From Protoeuglena noctilucae (Eukaryota), in contig OY253668.1 in assembly GCA_958009085.1 (NCBI GenBank), forward strand, positions 1,798,001-1,862,000: DNA of 64,000 nucleotides, in the 5' to 3' direction. The first letter of the stretch is position 1. Every line of letters begins with the position of its first letter. The translations under genes and the position numbers were made by a program. The notes below the pieces were generated by a model. The model had not been told where the DNA came from. It saw nothing but the letters and a program-made list of their open reading frames with translations, and made no database searches. Below, in pieces: positions 22,126 through 33,635 of the stretch.

Positions 22126-25100
22126 ATGGCGGCCAGGTGGGTCGGAGGAGGTTCGCAGGCGCAGGGTCGGCGCTTGCGGATCAGCGCACAACAGCGTCTC
22201 CCGGAGCTTGCATAAGTGCAAAATATGATCACGTATCTGATGCAGCGGAGGTGGCGGAGGCGACGCATCGGCCGCCCTGGATGCGAGCCTCGGAGAGTCG
22301 CAGCGGCTACTGCGGAAGAAAGGCTCCCTTCGCGATGCGATTTTCGGAGTCCTCTATACGCTGAGGTAACTATACAATATTTGCCGACTGCTCGACCGCG
22401 AGAGGGGCCAGTATCGGCTCAGATGGCGACGAATGCTCACGTGCTCTCCCTGCAGCAAGGAGAAGGCCGGCGCTTCGTGGAAGGCCGGCGTCCTGAGCAT
22501 CCTGGTGCATTTCCTGCAGCTCATCGTGACAGTCATCACCAATCATTTCTCTTGGGACTTCCAGGGCGCCTGGTGGGCGACGGCGGTGCAAGCGACAGGC
22601 GAGTGCTGGCGGTTTCATTGCCTTGCAAGCGCGGGCGCATCGGCTGCAGCCCCGCCATAGGCTGTCTTCGCGTGCTTGCCGACCGTGCGTCTGCTGTGCG
22701 CCCCAGACGTCACCACCCACGCATCTGCCATGCGCCCCACCACCCACGCATGCTCCGTGCGCCCCAGATGTCACCAACCTCCTCCAGGCAGTCGGCTACA
22801 AGGCCTTCGCGGGTCTCTTCTGGGCCCAGCTGTGCCTCGTCTTGGTCTCTGTGGCCATCTGCCTCTTCGTCGCTTATAACTTCAAGACTGACAACTTCCC
22901 ATACGTCTGGCCCATCAAGGTCGCACGCTTCCTCGGTGAGTGTGCGGTGGGTTGTGCCACGATGCGCAGCTGCACAGCTATGCCCATGCATCGTTGCCAA
23001 CCCCGCGCCACTCCACCCACCCTTTCCTGGTCACACCCACCCTCTCCTGCTCACACCCACCCTCTCCTGCTCACACCCACCCTCCCCTGCTCACACGCAC
23101 CTATTCGCGCTCTCCTCCTCCCCGCAGTTGCGATCTTCGTCAAGGCGCTGTACATCAGCGTCACGGCCGTGTTCCTCATGAGCATCCGATGCGACTCGGG
23201 GTCGTCCACCCTGTACTTCTTCCCTGACCAGTGAGTCGCATGCTACACGTGTGCCACACACCCTGCAAGCACCGCTCCTCACAAGCACCACCACGCTTCA
23301 CTCGCATTGCATCTCACAAGCAAGCACCGCACATCACACGCACCGCAGCACCCCCCCCCGCACCTCACAAGCACCAGCACCCTCAGCCGGCCTGCCCGCT
23401 TGCCCCAGTCACCAGCCATTGCCTGATTCACCGCAAGCCACGTCCGCCTGTTGTGCAGGAAGTGCAACCGCATGCCGCACCTGGCGGCCGTGGTGGTGGC
23501 GGTTCCTGCGGCGTTCGCCATCATCTCTTTCGGATACTTCATCGCTGTGGGGGAGTCCGAGCTCGACCCTTACTCCAAAGACATCATGGCAGGTCAGTGT
23601 TGGTGAAGGATAGCTAGTTGTTAGGACAAGGAAAGCTAGTTGCAATACTAGTAGCAGTCGTGATCGCAGTCATGGTGTAGGTCGACAGTGAATGCGAACA
23701 ATCTTGTGCCCTGTAGGACGTAACGAGGGATCAATTATTATTAATAACAAGGTCTTTCTCCCCTCCCCGCAGTGCCCTTCTCTCAGTGCGAGGTGCAACT
23801 GTTCATCGCCCAGACGTGCGTCGACTTCCTCGACATCTTCATGGGGGGCACGACACACCGGAGCACCCTGGTGAGACTGATACGCCGCTGATTGCTTTTT
23901 CTTTTGTCCTATTCCACGTAGCAATTGCTCCTGTCATCTACCAACATGCTTCTTTCCATCCCACCTCAGCCAACGCCCCTGTCACATCTAACTCTGTGCT
24001 TCTCCCTAACATTGTCCCTCTCCCCTTTCCACCCTCAGGCAGTCCTCCTCGCCGCCCTCATGTGCTTCTCTCTCTTCTCGAGTCTCCGCCACACGCCCTT
24101 TCTGAATGTGGCCACCAACGTGTTCAAGGCGGGTTTATACGGAATACTCGCGTGGTCCTCGATCGTATTAGTCGTACTGGAGCTCACGGTCTCGTATGGT
24201 CCGGACCCGGTCAAAGCCGCGCGCACGCTGTCAGCCGTGTGCGGGTACGGGCTCGCGCCCGCGTTCGTGCTGGCGGGGCTCGCCATGTACCTGAGGTGAG
24301 ACGCCAGAGGGGCAGGAGTGGGATAGCATGTGTCAGGAATGGGACAGCATGCATGTATCTGAGGTGAGATGGAGAGGGGCGGGAGCGGGATAGCACGTCG
24401 CAGGAGTGGGATAGCAGAGGGGCATGAGGTGAGACAGCAGAGGGGCATGCGTGGATGCGAGCAAGGTGCACTAACCGCAGTGAATGAGTGACACTAAGTG
24501 ACACTGTGCTTGGCGACGTTTTCCACCTCGGCCCCACTCATGTGCTTGCTGCCGATACCCACTCATTTCCTAGATTCCCCACTGCCATGCAACCCTGCCA
24601 CGTCGTGCGTTCGACCCTTACCCTCGTCTGCGTGCGCGCCTTTCGCAGGATCCACCTGGCCGAGCGGGCGGCGCAGGACCTGTGCAAGAGGGTGGGGCGC
24701 CCCGCTTTGGAGGCCATGCACAGCACGTTGGACGCTCGCAAGACATCCAAGACGAGAGGCGCCGTGGCGCACGGACCCATCGTCGCACACCAGCGCGCAG
24801 GTGACTTACTTTGACTCGACTTGACTTTAGGGTAGCTGCAGAGAGAGTGACCACCTATGCTCTGAGTTTTTTGCACCTCGACCGTCACGTCACCCATAAC
24901 TCGATGGAATGGTAGTGTGGTCATGGCAATACCTGCCAATAGTACTATATGATCTCTTTTCACATCTTCCATCCTTCTCGCCCCATTCTCACACCCGCGC
25001 AGTGGACGCCGTGCGATACGCGGTGCAGTCCTTATCGCAAGACCCCCACGAGGCGCCCGCCTGGACCCGCCCGGACCCACCGCCGCGCTTTCGGAGCGCA

Positions 25101-28100
25101 AGGCACGCAGAGGCGGTGGCGCTGCGGTGCCTCAGGGCCACCGACGCTGTGGGCAACCTCCTGCCGGACTATTTGGTCACCGCGCTTTACGTGCTGCGGG
25201 TGGGGCAGAGGCAGTTCCCCCAGGTGACGAGGATGACATGAGATGGCATGATGCGAGATGGGTGAATGCATAATAGGAGTAATGGACTTAATAATTGGTA
25301 ATGCCAACTATGAGGACCGTCTGTTTCTCTTTGCAGAGTGCGCGGCTGCGGATGCTCTGCGGCAACTTCCTCCACCACACGGGGCAGACGGGGCAGGCGA
25401 GAAAGCGTGTATGGCATGGCACATTGTGCTTTGTGCTCTGCACCTCGCATCTCACTTACTCACAAATAGTAATCACGACAATACGCCCGCCTGCCCCGCT
25501 CGTAACCCACAGGCCGCAGCGGCGGAGTTTGCGGCTGCCAAGCACATGCCCCTGAACATGGACCTGCAGTTCCAGTGCTTCTGCCACGCCAGGTGACGAT
25601 TAAAATAACAATGCAATCCGATAGTCGTGCTGTATTGGTGTTTTGTGTGACACGATTGCGACGCTGCGAGCCTGGCTATGTGGTTACACACCATATACCA
25701 TATAACGTTATAAAATGGTTCATAACCCCATTGTGCTTTTGTTTCTTGCCACCCAGGGAGGCGGCGCAGGGCGGTGGGTCCGAGAATGGCTCGGATGGGG
25801 CGCTGGATCTGGTGGCGTATGTGGAGTTCCAGGCGAGTCAACTATCACATAGATAAATAATGTAAATAAATAATGTAACCATGGGGCACTTGACATGGTG
25901 GCATATGTGGATTATCATTATTATAAATATGGAAGATGGACTGAGACCGGTCGCATGACGGGAGATGATCAGTCTAGAGATGACGAGATGTTACCATCGG
26001 TGCAGCACAACATCGGCCCTGACTTTGTCACATTCTCGAAATCCCGCAGAACAACCTTCGGGCGGTGCAGCGCATGCAGGACGGAGCCATGTCAGCCATG
26101 CGGGACTTCTGGGGGGAGTTGCTTAACCACGGTGAGTGATTGGAGATTATAATGACGATAATGGGTAATGAGGCATTGGAATGAATGTGGGACTTCTGGG
26201 GGGAGCTGCTCAACCACGGTGAGGGAGGGGAGACTGGAATTGCAATCATGGGGCATCGGAATTAAAGGGAGGGACCTGTGTGACCATCCGTATGTGCTCG
26301 TTTGGCTGATTATACGTGTCCCTGTCTGTCTGGCTGACGGATCGTGCTGTGCTGTGCTGATCGCGTGCCGTGCTGTGCTGTGGCCGCAGAGGGCGCCAAG
26401 ATCACGCAGCTGTGCTCCCTGGCCAGGTCGCTGTCGGCCATGGAGGTGAGGCATACATTGGATGTCAAGAGGTACTATCGGTATTGTATGGTTACATTAA
26501 TAGCCATGCGTAATTTTCAACATGCCACGCATCAATGCTTCCTGGGTCTGTCTATAACGGTATTAGCAAAGACCCTTTGTCTACACCCTTATTCTAAGTG
26601 TCCCCACACATCCCGCAGAACAAGGCCCAGGCCCTCTACACCGTCATGCTGGAGCGCTTCACGGCCAACGTCAACCTCATCCGACTCTACGCCATGTTTC
26701 TGGCACGGGTGAAGCTCAAGCCGGGGCGCGCGCTGCGATTGCTGGAAAAGGCCGATCGCATTGAGGACGAGAACGCCAAGCAGAGGATGCTCACGCAAGG
26801 CGAGTGCGAGGGGGTGTGGGTGGGTGTGGGTGGGGGTAGCAGTGTGGGTGTGTGTTTGGGTGCACGAGTGTTGTGTTTGGGCGTGTGCCAAGCAAAGAAC
26901 GCTTGCTCAACGCGAGTAGGCCACCACCATTAGTGCAGACGTCTCTGGCAAGACGACGCTGGGAGAGGACAGCGGGGCTCTGGTGGTGACCAACGAGCGG
27001 GGGGAGATTCAGATCACCAATCGGGAGCTCAATCGACTATTCGGATATCAGATGGGGGAGCTGCTGGGGCGCAACGTGTCAGGTGCGCGCCGCGCTTTGT
27101 GTGTCCCGCTTATCATGCTTTGCATGGACAACCTCCGCTGTCAGTAAGTTACTACATCGCTTTGATGATGATTCGGATGACATCACATCACCCCCACTCC
27201 CCCTCCCCACTACCACTCGCAGTGCTGATGCCCCGCCCCTTCAGCCACCGCCACAACGTGTACCTCGCTTCGTTCCTGCGCACCCGGCAGAGCCGCATCC
27301 TGGGAACCCACCGCCTCCTCGTGGCGATGCGGAAGGACGGCTCGACCTTCCCGGTCAAGGCCCGCATCACGCACGTGTCGCAAGACGGGGTGGACCGGTT
27401 CATGGCTTCCATGGCGCCCATATCCCACGACACCCACGCCAACGCGCTGTACCTTACGCCCGACGGTACCGTGCTCGCGGCGGGCGCGGGGGTCACGTCG
27501 CTGCTCGGGTGGTCGTCGAAGGACCTGACGGGCCAGCCGCTGTCCGCTGTGATGCTGGACAATCCAGACATGGACCGATCGCTGTCGATGCTTCAGGACT
27601 CGCTCGCTGCAGACCCCGCGCCCCCACGCGGGCCCAGGCAGGGCGGCCGGGCGTCGATGGATGTGGGGATGCAGTCCCGAGCGTCTATGGACTGGGCCCT
27701 CCTGGCCCCGCGCACTGCCTCCGTGCACGGCTCTGCGCTGCCCAAGCAGGGTGACCGTCACGACCCCCGGCAGTCCTCAGAGATGCCACGCGCGGACCAG
27801 GCGGCCGGTGCGAGGCGCGCCAAGGCCAAGCCCATCGCCGTGCAGATGCGGCACAAGTGGCTGAGGCAGGCAGTCGACACCGACGCGGCATTGCGTGTGG
27901 CGGGGTACGGTGCGGGTGCATTACTCGTGCTCTCCTTCACAGCCACCCCCGAGCAGGCCGGGGTGGTAGTGTTCGACCGCCAGGGAGCTCTGTCGTACAT
28001 CAACGCGCCCGTGGCGTCATGGCTGGGGTACTCTCCCAGCGCGCTCATGCGTGCGCATGCCACTATCGGCCACCTTCTGCCGCGGGGCATGGGCCACTTC

Positions 28101-31100
28101 CACGCGCAGAGGCTCCTGCGCAGCCCCGGTGGCAGCGCCGACAGCCCCCCGTGCCGCGCGGGGTGCGTGGTGCCGATGCGGGGGCGGGGCGGGGCAGAGC
28201 AGTATGCGCGACTCACCTGGCGCGAGCACCGGCAGGCTGGGGAGGTCTTCTACGTTTGCACGGTGCGCCCCGCGGCGGCGATGGCCGGGGCGCGGGCCTG
28301 GGGCTTCCGGGGCCGGCTGGCGGCGGTGGCACCCCAGGGGTGCTTGCGGGTGGCGGTGGATGGGTCCGGGAGAATCGTTGGGGTTTATGGTGGCACCGGC
28401 GCCGACCCCACCGCGCCGCCGGGCGCCGTGGTGCGCGCGGGGTCGCTGGTGGGCCGGGGAGTGGTGGAGGTGGTGGATGTCCTGGGTGCAGCGGCGGCGA
28501 CGGCTCGGCAATTCAGCGGGGGCGCGAAGGCTGATGAGGTCGCTTTGGAAGCCCTAGAGCAGCTCGCGCAGTCCGGCGCCGCCATCCGCGCGGCCCTGGT
28601 GGGATCGGGGATGCCGGCGCCCGTGCGTTTGCGGGTGCTGCGTGCGAGTGAGGCGGGGGCGGACCTGGCGGCCGCGGGCGTGCCGGGCGTGGTGTTTCTC
28701 GCGGAGCTCTGGAGCGCGCACTGGCTGTGGTGCACGCTGTCCGTGAGTCCCGTGACCGGGGCGGTGGCAGAGGCGGGCCCGGGGGCGGACGTGCTGTGGG
28801 GTTACCCCGCGCACCGCATGGTGGGGCAGACGCTCGGGGCGCTGCTGGTGACTGACGAGAGCGCTGCGGTGGATGCTGTGTTGAGCGGGGCGTCCTCTCG
28901 CGCGGAGGTGTGGGCCCGGCACGCCTCTGGGTCGCGGTTCCGGGTGCTCTTGACGGGGCCTGGGGATGCGGGGGCACGTAGACGCCGACGTGTTGTGTTG
29001 ATGGTCTCTGCGGCGCCGGAAATGCCGGAGAAGTCATCGCAGGCGCTGCACAGGATGCAGGTGAGTGCTGATGTGTGTGGATGGACACGATTGCAGGGTG
29101 CTACAGCATGTGCTAGCTCCCTGTCGCATGTCGCGTGTCACTGCGAGGCCGTCGTAACCGTCCCTACTCTTCACTGCTCTTGCTACCAAGCCCGCGTCCA
29201 TGCCAGCCCCATGATTAGTACCGGTGGCACAACTGTGCTTGTACTCGTCTCACTTAGCTACCCTGGCGTGCCCGCAGGTGGTGCTGGACCAACACAGCGC
29301 GCCTCAGGACCTGTCATTATCTGAGGACGGCAGCGATCGCGACTCCCACGGAGCCCACAGCGCCGAGGGTGGCTTGGGAGAGACAGAGGACAAAGACGAG
29401 GACGCGGGAGGCGGGGGTGGGCCCAAGAGTGACGGGGAGGGCTCGACGTGGAGCGATGGCGACAGCGATAGCGACGTGCTGAGCATGCCGGATGACGGGG
29501 CCAGCGGAGACGGCGACTCGGCTCTATCCGGCGAGGGCGTGTCCCGTCGCGATTTCCGCCGATCCAAGCAGCTGAGGGCCACGGCGGAGCTGTTAGAGCG
29601 GTCGCGAGCGGCGTCGCTGTTACGCACGCTCGTCCCCAGCGTCCAGGCCATCATGATCGCGGTGGCAGTCGTGCACGTGGTGCTGTTCGGCGTCACCATG
29701 GCGCTCGTCTCCCACACCCGCGCCGCCATCGCCACCGCCGAGACGGCCGGGTCGCTCCTCACGGTCGTGTCGAGAGTGTCACCCCTGGCCCGTCGCATGT
29801 ACGAGGCCACCCACGCCAACAACTTCACCAGCCCCGCGGACCTCCCCACGCTGCGCGGTCGCATGCAGACGGACGCGGATGAGCTGAACGTCGACTTCCG
29901 TCAGGCGTACGCCCGGCCGGTCGGGGCGCGGCTGCGTGGGCTTTTACAAAGCGGCATATCGTTCCAGCAGTTCTGGGATGTGGACTACGGGCAGGGCGCG
30001 GGGCCGCAGGACGTGGCGCCGGGGCCGGTCGAGTCGATGGGCCTGCTGCAGCTGACGAGCTTGGCAGCCAGCAGGGCCCAGGCGGTCGCGCTGATGAGCG
30101 ACGCGCAGCTGGCGAGCGCCCCGCACACGAGCCGGCTCTGGTTCTTCACGGTAGAGGGCACGCGCGACGCGCTGCTACCCGTGGAGTCCTCGTTGTTAGC
30201 CGACGCCTATCGTGACGTGGCAAGACACCTCAATTCCCTCACCTGGGAGCAGCTGATCTTGGGAATGGTGCAAGCGGTGGGCATGATGCCGCTGTGCATC
30301 TGCGGGGCGTACCTGCACGTGCGGCGCTTGACGGGGGACAAGGCGAAGGTCTTTTCCGTGTTTGTGTCCATCCCGAGACCGATCGCTTACCTGGCAGCTG
30401 CGGAGCCGGGTGGTGGCGAGGACCCTGAGCGGCGGCGCGTGGCTCTGGCGCGACTGGAGGCGTTGTTAATGGAGGACGAGCGGAGGACGGCACGGCGCAT
30501 GGCGAGGGTGATGGAGCGGGGCGGTGACGTGCCGAAGGCGATGCGGAGGGTCGGGGGTGCGGACGTGCAACTGAAGAACGACGAGTGGCGATTGCAGGTG
30601 GGGAGGGGGATGGGGGTGTGTAAATGGGTGGGGTTGGGGTAGGGAGAGTGGCGGGTGCAGGTGAGGAGGGTTGGGGACGGGTGGGGTAGGCGACAAGACC
30701 TCACCTCTGGTGTACCTAAATGTCGACACTCACACTCACCACTGCTGTTCGTTCACGTGACTGTCCCTTTCCCCGCAGATGGTGGTCCTTCGGCCGCTGG
30801 TGGCGCTGATGGTGCTGTCGTTGGGGTTACACATCGCGGGCCATTTGATTCTCCGATCCGCGCGGGACCCGATTCTGGCGATGGAGGATTCTTACAGCGC
30901 CGAGTCAGACATGGTCGGCGTCAGATTCTGGGCCAACGAACTGGCGTTCACCCCCACGCCAGAAACGAACCCCTGGGGCCTGACCAACGACCAGATCCGC
31001 TCCAGCCTGTCCGCCGCCGCGGGCGCGCTCAGCGATCGCTGGACGCAGCTGCTGCTCGGGGGAGGCCAGCCGGGGAGCCCCCACCACCGTGGCATTCAGG

Positions 31101-32906
31101 ACTTTGGCAGCCGTGTCAGTGCGGCGTTAGACACCGACCAATGCGGCCAGTCCTGGGTCAACTGCGGGCCGCCCGGGTCGCTGCAGCACGCCCTCATGTC
31201 CGATGGGCTCAGCCAGACGGTGCGGAACGTGGTGGACCGGGCGCAGCTGATGGCGAGCACGTCCGACGCGTCGCTCGCGGACGGCACGTTGGCGTCGTTC
31301 GTTTGGGACGCATCGCAGGGATACTTGGAGCCCGGCACGCGGCGCCTGACGGGGATACTGAGGGACTTGGGCGAGCAGCGAATTCAGATCGCGGTGATTC
31401 TGGAGGGGTGCCTGTTGGCGCTCAACGCGGGGTTGCTGCTGTGGGTGCACGTGATGGTGCGGCCGGAGGTGCGCGCCGGGCACGACGAGCTCAAGTGGGC
31501 GGCCAGGCTGCTGTGCAGGCTGCCGGAGAGCATGGTGAGGGCTGTTTGCTGGGGGATTGGGAGGGCATGATGGGCGCTGGGGCAGGGGCGGTCAATCGTA
31601 GTACTACCTTCATAAGAAGCGTTTATGCACAGTCGTGGCAGTGACTAACTCAACTTGGAGCTCCCTGTGTTGGTATGCAGAACCCATCGCAGCTGGTGTG
31701 GGAGCGGGTGGTGATTGTGTCGACAGACCGGGACAGCCTTCACTCAGAGGTGAGTCATGAGAGAGGAGCTGGATATCACTGCGAGCTCTGGGCTGTGGCG
31801 CCATTGCTGTAAACGATACCCTTGCTACCCATGCCACTCTCGCTGCACATGCATGTCACCCTTGTTCACCTCGCATGTTCACCACGTCTCCCCGCCTGTG
31901 CAGTCGGAGCCAGGGGCGTCGCTGCTGGCGCGTGTGAGGGACCGCCTGTCCACTGCTTGGAACAAGATGCTCATGGGATCCGATTACGCCGACTGGGTGC
32001 AGTTCAAGAACGCGAGGGCCAAGGCTACCAAGGTAGGGCTGCCAATGGTGCCATGCGCTTGCCACTCTGTCGCAATCCCGCAATGTTGCATGTGCGTTCC
32101 GATGAAAACATGTCACCTCGATCCCCATCATGCCTTTTCATTCCTGCCGCGTGCCCTCGCTTGCCAGGCAAAGCTCTGGCACGTGCATCGACAGCATCAA
32201 CAGCATTGACATCTAACATGCGATCGTGCCGTCACTGACCGCAGGAGCCCACTTCGTTGGGCAAGTGGCTGGCCGCAGTCAAGCACACGCTGCTGCGGCC
32301 CTTCCTGGGCCCCACGTACGCTGCGTGGAAGGAGCTGGAGGACATTTACAAGCGGGGAAGGGCACAGGAATTTGAGGTGAGGAACATCAGGCACCTGTGC
32401 AAGTGCAGGGTTGTGTGCATACACAGGATATCTGGAAGCGGGGCGCTCATTGCTTGTTGTGTCTGTGTAAGCTGCACCCATGTGTGCGCAGATGAGCCCC
32501 ACCCATGCATCGACGCCCCCGCGCCCCTCATCTGCAGGTCCCGGGTACCGAGGGCGCAGCCCAGGGCGCTGGGAAGGCCGAGACCGGAAAAGCCGCAATC
32601 CCAACATCTGCAGCCAACGCCAAGCCGGGCCTGGGTGACCGGGAGCGCCCTGCACAGGGGCGGGCGATCGCAGGGCGCCGTGTTGCGCCCGAGCCGAGCG
32701 GTGCCGTTCCCCGCAAGCCCCTCTTGGGTCCCAAGACCCACGTCGCGGGCGCCGACAAGCGCAGCGCCCGGAAGGTCGCGCCTGCGCCGGAGAGCGCTCC
32801 CCAGGTCAGGGTTTCAAACACACCCATGCAAGCACAGGCGCCAGCAGCGGGGGAGGGGCGGGCACCGGCGAAGGGCGGCAGGAAGGGCGTGCAGTGGCAC
32901 GTTTGA
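22126..32906 (+). CDS. TmcB/FixL-like (FXL) multi-pass membrane protein with TPR-like region and several PAS domains, paralog 2
   Basis: MAA|SGGGG...LRDAIFGVLYTL|SKEKAG (typical TmcB N-terminus), TM bundle, LDLVAYVEFQ|NNLRAV, LYTVMLERFTANVNLIRLYAMFL, PAS ...LFGYQMGELLGRNVS|VLMPRPFSHRHNVYLASFLRTRQSRILGTHRLLVAMRKDGSTFPV, further PAS repeats in the 27.2-29.1 kb exon, TM-ectodomain-TM modules, ending ...RKGVQWHV* at 32906. About 23 exons. Confidence 0.85.
23031..23100. repeat. Intronic 20-bp minisatellite, ~3.5 copies
   Basis: (tcacacccaccctctcctgc)n just upstream of the acceptor at ~23127. Confidence 0.9.
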
Positions 32907-33635
32907 ATGAAGTACAATAGCATCTTTGCGTATAGTGCAGCGGCACGCTTGATTTCACGCTGGGTTGTTCGACCTGAGATGGTTGCTGATCGTGCGTGCA
33001 TCACCGATAGTAGCATGTTTGACATTCGAGTTACTGCATTTGTTGCTGCCGACTCATCTCTCGGATATAGCAGCTCCTGAGCAGTGTTGATAGGTCTCTC
33101 TCGGTGACCCAATGCTTTGCTCTTCTATCACTTAGCGCAGCTGGTCTAACGCAGTGCGCGTTCGTGTGTGTTCAAAAGTAGTAGTGTAAGACATGAGTAA
33201 GTGTACAACATGAGTCAGATTACGCAAAAGGCCAGCACATGGGGGCCTATAGATGAGCTAGTGGCCCAGCAAAGCGCTCTTGGGTCCGTGGATGTGATGC
33301 GCTCGCGCAAGACTATGGCGGCAGCATCTCTCCATGTCTCGTCTGACCCAGCTAATTACCCAGGCGACGCGGCACAGAGCAAACATCTGCACCAGCAAGC
33401 TGGGGACCGGAGCGCAAACAGGAGGCCAGCAACACCAGCACAGCAGGGCGCTGCTATCTCGCAACTGCCAGACTCTCAACCGCCATACGCAACCGCTGCC
33501 TTGCGCCTTAACAATCTCAACAGTCTTCACAGTCGAGACCCGTCCGATCGGTAGCACAGTCTCTAACCAGTCGAGACCCGGACAGTCGGTAGCCCCAACC
33601 ATAATGCCGTCGACCAACCCACCCCAGCTGTGCCC

